Positions 17,512 to 28,498 are shown, numbered from the stretch's first letter. The stretch: DNA of 64,000 nucleotides from an uncultured Verrucomicrobiae bacterium (GCA_963815455.1 CAWFGO010000001.1:128001-192000); one strand, 5' to 3'. Numbers and translations are program-made. The notes: a model not told the origin generated them from the sequence alone.

Positions 17512-20500
17512 ATGCATCTCCAATCGCTCGAACTTTTCGGCTTCAAATCGTTCGCCGATAAAACCACCTTCAATTTCCACGAGGGCGTGACGGCCATTGT
17601 GGGGCCTAACGGCTGCGGCAAATCCAATGTGCTCGACGCCATCAAGTGGGTCCTGGGCGAGCAATCCGCCAAATCGCTTCGTGGCGGCGAAATGGCCGAC
17701 GTCATTTTCAACGGCACCGACTCGCGTAAACCGGTCGGGTTTGCCGAAGTCTCCCTCACCTTTTCGGATTGCGCGACGGAACTCGATGTCGATTGGAACG
17801 AAGTGCGGGTGACGCGCCGCGTTTTTCGCGACGGGAATTCGGAGTATTTCCTCAACAAAACGTCCTGCCGTTTGCGCGATATCCAAAGTCTGTTTGCCGA
17901 TACCGGCGTGGGCCGGGCCGCCTACTCGATGATGGAGCAAGGCAAGATCGACATGATCCTGAGCTCGCGTCCGGAAGATCGCCGCGCCATTTTCGAAGAA
18001 GCGGCCGGGATTACGAAGTATAAAACGCAAAAGCGCGAAGCGCTGCGCAAACTGGAAGCGACCGAGGCGAACCTGTTACGCGTGGGTGATATCATTAAGG
18101 AAGTGAAACGCCAGATCGGGTCGCTTCAACGCCAGGCTGGCAAGGCGCGACGTTACCAGGCGTTGCACGCCGATTTGCGGGCGCTCGACACCCACCATTC
18201 TCGCAAGCAACTCGAATCGCTCGAGACCGAGTTGGGAAAATGTCGAGCCGAGATCGAGCGAATCGGCGAATCGGAAACCGCGACGCGCCAGAAGATCGAC
18301 AGCGGCGAAACCGAACTCGGCGAACAACGGCGCGCTCTCGATGAGATCGATACGAAGATCGCCGATGGCCGGACCGAGTTGCAGCGTTTACAAAGCGAAA
18401 TCGGCACGCACCACAGCCGGATCGAATTCAATCGGCAACGGGCCAGTGAACTAACCGAGCTGATCGAGCGCTCCCGAAAAGACATCGCGGGGGCGGAAGC
18501 GAAGCGGACGCAACAACATAAGGACATCGAGCAGGCCAACGCGCTCATTGAAAAAACCAGCACCCTGGTTCAAGCCAGGGAAGCCGAATTGGCCGAGCTG
18601 ACTGCTTCCATTGCCGAATTGCGGACTGAGCGTTCCACGCACGAAACAGAATTGGAAAAACTCCGGGCGTCGTTCTCGAAAAACGAGAGCCGAACGGAGG
18701 AGCTGGAAGACGAGCTTTCCGGAATCACGATTCGCCGGGAAACAACCCAGGAGAATCAGCGCGATCTCGATGCTGCAATTTCCGAGGCGAACAAAGCTCG
18801 AACCAAAGTTGAACAAGAGATTGCCGCCGCGCGCACGGCGACCGCGAGCGCGTTAAAGAACGTCGATCTTCTGAAGACCGACGCGCAGACGCGGGAAGAA
18901 ACTTTGCAGCAACATCGACAGCTTTTGGCCGAAGCCGAGAAGAGCCTCTTGGCGATGGAGCGGGCGCTGGCCGAAAAGGAATCGCGCCTGGAAATCCTGC
19001 GCCAGCTGAATGAAGAAGGCGCAGGACTCGCCCAGGGTTCGCAGGCCGTGCTCAAAGGTCTCGATGATCCGGCCCGGATCCAATCCGCGCTGGCCGGCCC
19101 ATTTGTTTCGAAGCTCGATGTCGATCCTAAGTTCATCGGCGCGATTGAGGCGGCGCTGGGCCGAAGTCTGCAGGCGATCGTTTTGGAAGATCCGGCGCTC
19201 GCGCCGGAAATAATTTCGACATTGACCAGGAAGAATCTGGGACAGGCCGCGTTGATCATTCCGAGACTCGGCAGTTCATCGGCGAAGAAACACGGAAAAC
19301 TTCCGGGAAACTCGCTCGGCTGGGCCATCGACAAAGTGAGGGCTCCGGAATCGCTCGCTCCGCTGGTTGCCCAATTGCTTCACAACGTCGCACTTTTCGA
19401 CAATCTCGATCAGGCCCTGGCCGCGCGCCAAAAACAGAGGCGAGTTCGGCGCAGCCACACTTGCCGGCGAATTTATTTCGATGGAGGGCGTTGTCTTCGG
19501 TGGCAGCAGCGAAACTGCGTCCGATTCGTTGCTCGAGCGCAAATCGCGCATCTCGATCCTGACCGCGGAACATTCGGTCCTGGGCAAGCAACGGGACACT
19601 CTGCGAGAAAAACGAGACGAAGAAACCGCGCGGCTGGAAAAAGCAACGCGCGAATTCGAAAGGGTCCGCGCTCAATTCGAATCGGCTGGGCGTGAGCAAT
19701 CGGTTTCCGAAAGCCGGATTCAATTTCTGGAGCGCGAACGGGAAGAAGTCCAACGCAAGATCGACAATCTGCGCTCGGAAGATGCAACGCTCCGGCAACA
19801 ACTGGACGCGGCCGACGAACGGATTACAGCGCTGCAGGCGGAATTGGAAACGGAACGGGACGCTCTTGCCGAGAAACAGTCGGAACAATCCAGGGCAGAG
19901 GCCGCACGCAACGACCTATCAAAACGCGAAGAGGAAGCCGGTGAGAAGTTGAATGAGCTTCGCCTGGCGCTGGCAACAGAACGTCAACGACAGGACAACC
20001 TGCTGGCGCAACGCCAGCCGATGACCGCCCGCGAAACGGAGCTGGCCGAGACCATCGCCGCTCGCAGGGCCGAGATTGCCGATTTTGAAAAGCGACTGGC
20101 CGCGCAATCGAACGAATCGAGGGACGCGGAAACGGCGATTGAGAAGCAGACCGTGCAACGCGCCGCGTTGGAGCAATCGATTGTTGCGCTGGCGGATCAA
20201 CGTTCAAAACAGCTGGCCGCGACGAATGAAATCGAGTCGGGCCTGCGGAATGTTCGCAACAGCTTGAACGAGCTGCACGATCTGCGTGCGCAACAGCAAG
20301 TCCGCGAATCACAGCTGGGAATGCAGATCGACAATCTGCTCGAACACATCGAGCGGCGGTATCAGCTCAATCTGCGCGAGTTCGCGCTGGATCAGCCGGC
20401 GTTCGAGAAGACGTTGCGAGTGCAGCTGAAACGGCGCGGTGGATCGGCCGCTCCGTCGGACGATGTTAATAATGGCGGCGAAGCCGCGTTAAACTCAGCA

Positions 20501-21277
20501 TCGCGCTCGGAGATCGCGATCCACCAGGATCTTTCGGATGAAGACCTGCAAAAATTAATCGGTGATCTGACCCGCCAGCTCGACAACATGGGCCCGGTTA
20601 ATCTCGAAGCCGTGCAGGAATACGACGAACTCGAAGAGCGTTACAAATTTCTCGAGACCCAGAACAACGATCTCACCAATTCGCGGCGTGAACTGCTGGA
20701 TGTCATCTCCAAGATCAATTTAACCACGCGAAAACTATTCGCCGATACGTTTGCGCAGGTGCGGGCGAATTTTAAAGAGATGTTTGCGGAGCTATTCGGC
20801 GGCGGCCGGGCCGATCTTTTGTTGATGGACGAGAACGATCCGCTCAATTGCGGGATCGAGATCAGCGCAAAACCGCCCGGGAAACAGCTCCAAGCGGTTT
20901 CGCTGCTCAGCGGCGGCGAGCGCGCCATGACGGCGGTGGCGTTGCTCTTTGCGATTTACATGGTCCGCCCGAGTCCATTCTGTATTCTGGACGAGATCGA
21001 CGCGCCGCTCGATGAAAGCAACATCAACCGGTTCGTCAAAATGCTGGAGCGGTTCGTGGCCCAGAGTCAATTCATCATCATCACTCACAACAAGCGCACC
21101 ATCTCCAAGGCCGATATTCTTTATGGGGTCACGATGGAAGAACGCGGCGTGAGCAAACTGGTCGGGATGAAACTGACCGGGCCGCGCGAAGTCGCGACCG
21201 ATCAGGCATCCAACGGCAACGGTAACGGGCATCAGGAAACCGCGACGCAGCGGCATTTCGCCCTGGCAGGACGATAG
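17512..21277 (+). CDS. smc: Chromosome segregation protein SMC, frameshift near 19430, in-frame palindrome at 20438-20525
   Basis: GFKSF, Walker A VGPNGCGKSN, hinge region, LSGGE signature and Walker B ILDEIDAPLD, split over two frames. Confidence 0.95.
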
Positions 21278-21288
21278 AATTCTCATCG

Positions 21289-21433
21289 CTGGGGAGCACA
21301 GGCTGCCAGCCTGTTGTTTTCGGCAGCTTGCCGAAAAGCTCTTCGAACACACAATGTTTAGTCGGCTACGACGTCGAGCAAATGTCGTCGGCAAGCTGCC
21401 GCCGACTGCAGGCTGGCAGCCTGCGCTCCCCAG
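21289..21433. repeat. Family C palindromic element (CTGGGGAGCRCAGGCTGCCAGCCTG ... CAGGCTGGCAGCCTGYGCTCCCCAG)
   Basis: Related copies at 22635-22768, 26252-26382 and 30685-30824; partial copy near 24935-24983. Confidence 0.9.
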
Positions 21434-21494
21434 AATCGATATGCATCCTAAAAAAATTTTGCGCACGGTTGTCGATCCTGCGTAAAATCACTGG

Positions 21495-22562
21495 ATGCTT
21501 CAGACGGCGCAGCGCAAAGGGAAGAAATCCGCCGCTAAATCTGCGCAGGCAAAAACAGCGAAGAAGCCCCGGATCCACGAGCGATTCGTCGAGGCGTTTC
21601 GCTGGATGCTTTTAGCCCGAATTCTCGAGGACAAACTGGCCAGCCTTTATCGCGGCGGCATGATTGTCGGCGGCGTTTACCTCGGCAAAGGCCAGGAAGC
21701 GGTCAGCGCGGCGTGCGGCATGTTCTTGAAAAAGGGCGACGTGTTTGCGCCGCTCATTCGCGACCAGGCCGGCCGGTCGGCGTTCGGTGAACCGTTGCTC
21801 GACGTGGTGCGCACGTATCTCGGCTCGGTAAAAGGACCGATGCGCGGCCGCGACGGCAATATTCATCGAGGACGCCCGGGAGAAAATCAGCTGGCCATGA
21901 TCAGCCATTTGGGGGCGATGACGTCGGTCATTACCGGAAAGCTGCTGGCGAAACGGATGAAAGGCGAAAAGGACTTCGTCGGGCTAACGACTTTGGGTGA
22001 AGGGGGGATGCAGACCGGGGCGACGCATGAAGGGCTGAACATCGCGGCGGTTGAGCAAGTGCCCCTGGTGGTCGTAGTCACGAACAATCATTGGGCCTAC
22101 TCGACCCCTAACGAACGCGAATTCGCCTGCGCGAACCTGGTCGAGCGCGCCAAAGGCTACGGGTACGAAGGGCATACGATAGACGGCACCGACTTGAACC
22201 AATGCCTTGAGATTATCGAGACTGCAGTGCAGCGCGCGCGGGCCGGCCGGCCACCGCAAATGGTGGTCGCGGAGGTCTTGCGCCTGGCGGGGCACGGCGA
22301 ACATGATGACGCCAGCTACGTTCCGCCGGAGATGAAGAACGAGCCTTTCGCCCAGGATCCGGTTCAGCGAACGGAAAAATTCATTCTTGAGCACGGGCTG
22401 CTTGACCGCGACGGGTTGCAACAGATGCGCGCGGAGATCGCAAAGCAAGTCGATGAAGCGGTGACGACGGCACAGCAAGAAGAGGCGCCGAACGCGAATG
22501 AAGAAAATTGGTGCGCCTTATCGCGACGCGAACTGGCCGGCCGCGGCGAAGCCGGCGAATGA
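21495..22562 (+). CDS. 2-oxoacid dehydrogenase E1 alpha subunit (TPP-dependent)
   Basis: GQEAV, TPP motif GEGG...NNHWAYST, RLAGHGEHD. Confidence 0.92.
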   Translation: MLQTAQRKGKKSAAKSAQAKTAKKPRIHERFVEAFRWMLLARILEDKLASLYRGGMIVGGVYLGKGQEAVSAACGMFLKKGDVFAPLIRDQAGRSAFGEPLLDVVRTYLGSVKGPMRGRDGNIHRGRPGENQLAMISHLGAMTSVITGKLLAKRMKGEKDFVGLTTLGEGGMQTGATHEGLNIAAVEQVPLVVVVTNNHWAYSTPNEREFACANLVERAKGYGYEGHTIDGTDLNQCLEIIETAVQRARAGRPPQMVVAEVLRLAGHGEHDDASYVPPEMKNEPFAQDPVQRTEKFILEHGLLDRDGLQQMRAEIAKQVDEAVTTAQQEEAPNANEENWCALSRRELAGRGEAGE

Positions 22563-22864
22563 CGAAGCTCGAATGACGAAATCCGAAGGAATGTCCTAAT
22601 GACGAATGACCAAAAGGCGCGCATTCGCGTAACTCTGGGGAGCACAGGCCGCCGGCCTGTGGGATTCGGCCGCTGGCCGAATGCATTTGGGTGCAAATAC
22701 GTTGAGGAACCTAAACAGATTCGCGGCAAGCTGCCGCGAAGTACAGGCTGGCAGCCTGTGCTCCCCGGACACAAAACCCGTTCGCCAATTTTTTATCATG
22801 GCTTCGACATTCGTCGTTGGAATTTCGTCATTGTATCGGCATTCGGATTTCGTGCTTCGTCATT
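22557..22864. repeat. GAATGAC-heptamer inverted arms enclosing a nested family C element
   Basis: Left arm gaatgacgaagctcgaatgacgaaatccgaa; right arm ttcggatttcgtgcttcgtcatt; family C copy at 22635-22768. Confidence 0.8.
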
Positions 22865-22870
22865 TTCCCC

Positions 22871-23839
22871 ATGAGCGTCACGTACTTGGAGGCTATTCGC
22901 GAGGCGCAGGCGAAGTTGCTGCGTGAAGACGAGCGCGTTTTCATCTACGGACAGGACATCGCGGGAAAATTCGGCGGCGCATTCAAAGCGACGAAAGGTT
23001 TGGCGGCAAAATTCCCAGGGCGAGTGCTGAACACGCCGATCAGCGAAGACGCCATGGTAGGAACGGCAATCGGCGCCGCGCTGGAAGGAATGCGGCCGAT
23101 CGTGGAGATGCAGTTTGCCGACTTTTCCAGTGTCGCGCTCAACCAGATCTTAAACAACGCCGGCACCCATTATTACCGAACAAATATACCTGTGCCGATC
23201 ACGGTGCGGTTGCCATCGGGTGGAACCAAAGGAAGCGGCCCGTTTCACAGTCAGAGCATGGAAGGGCTCTATTCGCATTATCCGGGGGTGATCGTCATGA
23301 CCCCGGCAACTGTCGAGGACGCCTACACGATGTTGATCGATGCGGTCCGGATCGACGACCCGGTCGTCTACTGCGAGCACAAGTATTTGTATTACCATCT
23401 CAAGGCCGACAAGCTGCCGACCGAAGGCTTGCCAACCGGCAAGGCGCGGATTGTCCGCCCGGGACGCGATCTCACGATCGTAACTTACAGCGCGATGGTC
23501 CACGAGTCGCTCGCAGTGGCTAACGAATTGCACAGGGACGGATTCGAGATCGAAGTCGTCGATCTGCGAACGGTGAAGCCGCTCGACACGACAACGGTGC
23601 TGGCATCGGTCGCGCGAACCGGCCGGCTGTTGTGCGTCGGCGAAGCGTTCCCCTGGGGCGGCGTCACCGCGGAAGTCATCGCCCGCGTCGCGGCTGAAGG
23701 TTTACATCTGCTTGATGCCGCGCCGGCGCGCATCAACGCGAAGGACACGCCGATTCCCTATCACCCGAACCTCTGGATCGAACACCGGCCGAATCAAAAG
23801 ACGATCGCGGCCAAGGCTCGCGCTGTATTAGCGGAATGA
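22871..23839 (+). CDS. 2-oxoacid dehydrogenase E1 beta subunit
   Basis: GRVLNTPISE, RPIVEMQFADF, GPFHSQS, DPVVYCEHK. Confidence 0.93.
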   Translation: MSVTYLEAIREAQAKLLREDERVFIYGQDIAGKFGGAFKATKGLAAKFPGRVLNTPISEDAMVGTAIGAALEGMRPIVEMQFADFSSVALNQILNNAGTHYYRTNIPVPITVRLPSGGTKGSGPFHSQSMEGLYSHYPGVIVMTPATVEDAYTMLIDAVRIDDPVVYCEHKYLYYHLKADKLPTEGLPTGKARIVRPGRDLTIVTYSAMVHESLAVANELHRDGFEIEVVDLRTVKPLDTTTVLASVARTGRLLCVGEAFPWGGVTAEVIARVAAEGLHLLDAAPARINAKDTPIPYHPNLWIEHRPNQKTIAAKARAVLAE

Positions 23840-24045
23840 TATCAATCTGGCGTCATCCTGAGCGAAGCGAAGGACCTGGCAAAAGGTATTGCGCTTCCGC
23901 GTGTGCAAACGCATTATCTGCCGGTGCAAACGCGACGAACGCTTGCGCGATTGTAGCTTCGACTGTGAGGTCCCTCGGTCCGAGCCGGACTGGCATTGTC
24001 TGCGCGGCTCCCGCCACGGCAGGCAGGCGGGATGACAAACGATCA

Positions 24046-24156
24046 TAGATTATGCCTCAAGTTCCAATCACCATGCCGCAGCTCGGCGAATCGATGGCCG
24101 AGGCAACGATTGTTTCAATCAAAGTGAAGCCGGGCGACAAAGTCGCCGCCGATCAG
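24046..24156 (+). repeat. 111-bp direct repeat of the E2 gene 5' end (other copy 24987-25097)
   Basis: 107 of 111 nt identical; encodes MPQVPITMPQLGESMAEATIVSIKVKPGDKVAADQ. Confidence 0.95.
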
Positions 24157-24791
24157 TCGGGAATAGACGGATCGCGGTTGATCACCCGCGATCGGTTAAT
24201 GCGTCGCGGGCGCGTTCTGTAACGTCCCGAGCGTTCTCTTACATGAAACCCGATCTGTTTCGGTAGCGGCTCCGGTTCTGGTGGCGGATCGATGATGTCC
24301 ATCACGCGCTGAAGGATGGTAACAATAGCGGCTTCATGGACATCGAGGCGTTCCTTTAATTCCTTCTCGAGGGCGGACAGTTTGCGCGCCAGTTGGTTCG
24401 TGTCGTTCAGGACCCGCCGCATGGCAATGAACGCGCGCACGACAAACACGCTCATCTGAGCGGCCTGGGTGCTATTAAGTACGTTTGCCGCCATGATCGC
24501 GCCGTGCTCGGTGAAAGCATATGGGCGGCGGCGGCGGCCGCCATGGCTCAAACTTGAGGTGCCAAATTGGTACTTCAAGTCTTGCCATTCGGTGGCAGAA
24601 ATCTGGAACATAAAGTCTTTCGGAAAACGATCGCGATTACGCTTAACAGCCCGATTCAGCGCCTTGGTCTGGACGCCGTAGACTTGGGCCAAGTCAGAAT
24701 CCAGCATGACCTTCTCGCCACGAATTTCGTGGATCAGGCTCGCGAGTCGCTCTACCGCCAACGCCAATCGTTTGTCCGTTCTTGGCATCAT
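24153..24791 (-). CDS. ORF6N (KilA-N-like) domain DNA-binding protein
   Basis: IRGEKVMLDSDLAQVYGVQTKALNRAVKRN..RFPKDFMFQ ... PYAFTEHG; coiled coil; IGF tail. Confidence 0.92.
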   Translation of the reverse strand: MMPRTDKRLALAVERLASLIHEIRGEKVMLDSDLAQVYGVQTKALNRAVKRNRDRFPKDFMFQISATEWQDLKYQFGTSSLSHGGRRRRPYAFTEHGAIMAANVLNSTQAAQMSVFVVRAFIAMRRVLNDTNQLARKLSALEKELKERLDVHEAAIVTILQRVMDIIDPPPEPEPLPKQIGFHVRERSGRYRTRPRRINRSRVINRDPSIPD

Positions 24792-24992
24792 GCGACCGTA
24801 GTGACAATCAGGCCGAAAGAGAAGCGATTTGCTGGTCAGAAGGTTGAGGCTCCGAACTGGCGTTTCATTCTCTGCCACCCTAGAATTGCGGCACGCGTTG
24901 ATCCGATTAAGATGTGCCACAGAATAGAACATTCGGCAGGCGAGACGCCTGCCGGCCTCACAGGCAGGATGCCTGTGCTCCGGAAGTAGATT

Positions 24993-26249
24993 ATGCCTCA
25001 AGTTCCAATCACCATGCCGCAGCTCGGCGAATCGATGGCCGAAGCGACGATTGTTTCAATCAAAGTGAAGCCGGGCGAGAAAGTCGCGGCCGATCAGGAG
25101 ATCATTGAAGTCGAAACTGACAAAGCGATCATGGGCGTGACCACGCCGTGCCCGGGGGAGATTGCGAAGATCGACGCAGAAGTGAAAGGCGTTTATCCGG
25201 TTGGCGCCGTGCTCGGATACGTGGAAGCGAGCGAAGCAGATGCGGCGCGATTTCAAAAACGCGCACCCGAACCGCCAAAGGGCGAAGTATCGATGGAAAT
25301 TCCCGGTCGCGAAGAGGAGCCTGCTGGCGCGGGTAATGGCAGCAGCTCCCATTTTCAAGTGGACGATACCGCTTTGCCGCAAGTCGCAGTGGGGTCGGAT
25401 GTCGATCAACGCGGCGGTTTGCCGGTTCCGGCGAGCGCCAAAGGCGCGGGATATCTTTCGCCGCGGGTCCGAGCCCGCATGGCCGAGTTGCAATTGACCC
25501 AGGCCGATCTTGCCAGCATCGCTGGCACAGGCTCGGCCGGCCGGGTTACGATCAAGGACCTGGAGACTTTTCTCAGTTCGATCGAATCGCAACCAGCGGA
25601 AAAACCGAGCGCGATTCGCACCGGCGTTGCCGATGCGATGCGACGCAGCTGGGCCCGGCCACTGGCAACGGTGGGCGTTTCGGTTTGTTTGGATCCGGTG
25701 CTGCAGGACCGCGCGCAACGCGACCCGAAACCCGGCCCGGCGTTGTATGCGGTGCGCGCGCTAGCCCTCGCACTTGCCGAGCAACCGAACGCCGCCGCTC
25801 GATTGATCGGCGGCCGGGCGATCAGCTCACAATCGATCGACATCGGAGTCGCTGTCGAAGCTGGGGAAGGAATCATGGTCCCGGTGATTCGTAACGCCGA
25901 CAAAACTTCGCTGGCCGACATGATGAATCGTTACACCGAGCTTGTCGATCTTGCGCGACGCCGGCGCCTGACGAGCGAGATGACTTCGGGCGGAATTGCT
26001 TCCGTTTCCAATTTTGGAACGTTCGGCCTGGACTGGGGCACACCGATTCCTCTCCCGGATCAGACGATGATCCTTGGACTCGGCGCAGGAAAGAAAACCC
26101 CGGTGTGGGACGAATCGAAAAATGAATTCGTTCCGAAAACCGAAGCGCAAGTCACATTAAGCTTCGATCATCGTAGCCTCGATGGCGGCGGCGCCGGACG
26201 CTTGCTCAAGCGGGTGATCGAGTTGCTGGAAGAGCCGGAGACGCTCTGA
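24993..26249 (+). CDS. 2-oxoacid dehydrogenase E2 (dihydrolipoamide acyltransferase)
   Basis: Lipoyl domain EVETDKA, binding domain GTGSAGRVTIKD, catalytic LSFDHRSLDG. Confidence 0.92.
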   Translation: MPQVPITMPQLGESMAEATIVSIKVKPGEKVAADQEIIEVETDKAIMGVTTPCPGEIAKIDAEVKGVYPVGAVLGYVEASEADAARFQKRAPEPPKGEVSMEIPGREEEPAGAGNGSSSHFQVDDTALPQVAVGSDVDQRGGLPVPASAKGAGYLSPRVRARMAELQLTQADLASIAGTGSAGRVTIKDLETFLSSIESQPAEKPSAIRTGVADAMRRSWARPLATVGVSVCLDPVLQDRAQRDPKPGPALYAVRALALALAEQPNAAARLIGGRAISSQSIDIGVAVEAGEGIMVPVIRNADKTSLADMMNRYTELVDLARRRRLTSEMTSGGIASVSNFGTFGLDWGTPIPLPDQTMILGLGAGKKTPVWDESKNEFVPKTEAQVTLSFDHRSLDGGGAGRLLKRVIELLEEPETL

Positions 26250-26489
26250 ATCTGGGGAGCGCAGGCTGTCGGCCTGCAGTCGGCGGCAGCTTGCCGACGA
26301 CACGTAATTATTGCAACACCATGACTGACAAGCTTTTCGGCAAGCTGCCGAAAACAACAGGCTAGCAGCCTGTGCTCCCCAGACTCGCTTGCCTCGCGCA
26401 AGTTGAGAACTATCTTCTGGACAGCACGAGCGGTGATCGAGTTAGCAGTAAGAGATTCTTCGACTTCGCTCGGAATGACAAAGGACGTT

Positions 26490-27044
26490 ATGCACGAGAA
26501 CACTGAATTTACTTTGAGTCGCGATTGCGAGGTAATCCTGATCCCGAGCGGGACGAAATTTACGGTACCGGCCGGAACCAAAGGAGTAATTACGCAGACG
26601 CTTGGTGGAAGTTATACCATCGCTACTTCGTATGGTCTCTCACGCGTCGCCGAGAAGGACATCGACGCGCTCGGAATCGAGAAACCGGTGGCCAAGACCG
26701 AATCGAAGGCCGCGGCCACGACTAATGGCGAAGTCTCCGAGGACGATGTTTGGAATCAATTGCGCCAGTGCTTCGATCCGGAAATTCCGGTTAACATTGT
26801 CGATCTTGGCCTGGTTTACGATTGCCGGTTGATCAAGAAAGATGGCGGCGGCACGCGGGTGGAAGTGAAAATGACTCTCACCGCGCCCGGGTGCGGAATG
26901 GGACCGGCCATTGCCCACGACGCGCAAAGCAAGATTTTGAGCATCGACGGCATCGATGAAGCCGATGTGCAGCTGGTCTGGGACCCGCCGTGGAATCAAA
27001 GCATGATCAGCGAACCGGGCCGGATGAAGCTGGGAATGATTTGA
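26490..27044 (+). CDS. sufT: Fe-S cluster assembly protein SufT (DUF59/PaaD-like)
   Basis: ITQTLGGSYT; DPEIPVNIVDLGLVY; MTLTAPGCGMG; VWDPPW. Confidence 0.9.
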   Translation: MHENTEFTLSRDCEVILIPSGTKFTVPAGTKGVITQTLGGSYTIATSYGLSRVAEKDIDALGIEKPVAKTESKAAATTNGEVSEDDVWNQLRQCFDPEIPVNIVDLGLVYDCRLIKKDGGGTRVEVKMTLTAPGCGMGPAIAHDAQSKILSIDGIDEADVQLVWDPPWNQSMISEPGRMKLGMI

Positions 27045-27063
27045 TCGCCGTTCACATGATCTA

Positions 27064-28404
27064 ATGCCTGCGATCTCCTCGGAAAAAACAATCGAGGAGG
27101 AAACGCGTCGCGTTCTGGCCGAACTTTTCGACGGCGCGTCGCTCGACAAGATGGGCGTTCGCCTCTGGAACGGAGCAAGGTGGCCGGACGAGCGTCCCCG
27201 CGACGCGGTTCTGGTCCTGAAGCATCCCGGCTCGCTCGGGAAAATGTTCCTGCCTGGGACGGAGGTCGGCCTGGGCGAGGCATATTTGCGCGACGACTTC
27301 GATATCGAGGGGGACATCGAGGCGGCATTCGAAATTGGCGATTTTCTACTCGGCCGTCTTGGAGGTTGGAAAAAAAAGATCAAACTCGGCGGGCTGCTAG
27401 TTGCCCTTCCGCAGGGTGACGGAACATCGACCCGCCTTCGCACGGCTACGGCGCGGCAGGCAATCGAACGGGCCGCGAGGCAGTTGCTCCCGCGAATTCG
27501 GGGCAAGAAACATTCACCGGAACGCGATCGGCGCGCGGTCACGTTTCATTACGACGTTTCGAACGATTTCTATCGGCTTTGGCTGGATCGGCAAATGGTC
27601 TATTCCTGCGCCTATTTCCGATCGCCGGACGATGATCTCGAAACGGCTCAGGAGCAGAAGTTGGATTACATCTGTCGCAAACTGCGGCTGCGTCCCGGTC
27701 AGCGTTTGCTCGATATTGGCTGCGGCTGGGGCGCGCTGGTCATTCATGCGGCGAAATATTTCGACGTGCGCGCAGACGGAATCACGCTGAGTCAGCCTCA
27801 GGCGGAATGGGCCCGGGCTCGCGTCGCCAACGAGGGCCTAACCGAAAAAGTGAAGATCGATCTGCGGGATTACCGCGAGCTTGCTGCAAACGGCGCGGAG
27901 TCTTACCACGCGATCGTAAGCATCGGCATGGCCGAACATGTCGGACGTGAACGACTCATGGATTACTTTGCCATTGCCCATCGAGTCCTCCGGCCGGGCG
28001 GTGTTTTTCTCAACCAGGCAATCGGCGAAGATGTCGTTCGGCGGCCGGACAATCGAAACGGGTCATTCATCGAGGACTACGTCTTTCCAGACGGCGATAT
28101 TCCGCCGTTGCCGATCATGTTGTCTGCGGCTGAATCGGCCGGCTTCGAGATTCGCGATGTGGAAAATTTGCGTGAACACTATGCGCTGACGCTGCGACAC
28201 TGGCTGCGCCGGCTGGAAACGCACCATGATGAGGCACTTTCCTTCGTGGACGAGAAGACTTACCGGGTGTGGCGCCTTTACGTGGCCGGTTCCGCGCACG
28301 GATTTCAGCACGGCCACATGGCAGTTTACCAAACGCTGCTGGCAAAGCTGGAAGTCTCTGGTGAGATTCATCACCCTCTCACTCGCGACGATTGGTACCA
28401 ATAG
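27064..28404 (+). CDS. cfa: Cyclopropane-fatty-acyl-phospholipid synthase family methyltransferase
   Basis: HYDVSNDFY, MVYSCAYF, LLDIGCGWG, YVFPDG, HYALTLRHW. Confidence 0.93.
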   Translation: MPAISSEKTIEEETRRVLAELFDGASLDKMGVRLWNGARWPDERPRDAVLVLKHPGSLGKMFLPGTEVGLGEAYLRDDFDIEGDIEAAFEIGDFLLGRLGGWKKKIKLGGLLVALPQGDGTSTRLRTATARQAIERAARQLLPRIRGKKHSPERDRRAVTFHYDVSNDFYRLWLDRQMVYSCAYFRSPDDDLETAQEQKLDYICRKLRLRPGQRLLDIGCGWGALVIHAAKYFDVRADGITLSQPQAEWARARVANEGLTEKVKIDLRDYRELAANGAESYHAIVSIGMAEHVGRERLMDYFAIAHRVLRPGGVFLNQAIGEDVVRRPDNRNGSFIEDYVFPDGDIPPLPIMLSAAESAGFEIRDVENLREHYALTLRHWLRRLETHHDEALSFVDEKTYRVWRLYVAGSAHGFQHGHMAVYQTLLAKLEVSGEIHHPLTRDDWYQ

Positions 28405-28428
28405 AGTCGGACAACGGCGGCTTCGATC

Positions 28429-28498
28429 TGTAGCGGCGGTCTCTGGCCGTCGATATCTTTCAGAAGAGAGTTTGCGACGGCCAGAGACCGCCGCTACA
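28429..28498. repeat. GTAG-type REP doublet (TGTAGCGGCGGTCTC ... GAGACCGCCGCTACA)
   Basis: Closely similar 70-bp copy at 49116-49185; related copies at 12552 and 47808-47883. Confidence 0.9.

Noticed and set aside
17512..21277. Programmed frameshift or split smc
   Set aside because: It is a single break near an A-run, among many similar breaks in unrelated genes; sequencing error is simpler.
21129..23000. Short ORFs with GWQPVLP or RLPACS peptides (21129-21350, 21328-21615, 22364-22774, 22599-22874)
   Set aside because: They are translations of family C repeats, not independent genes.
24153..25001. 282-aa version of the ORF6N gene
   Set aside because: The extra N-terminal part runs through a partial family C repeat and the E2 start; the domain begins near 24791.
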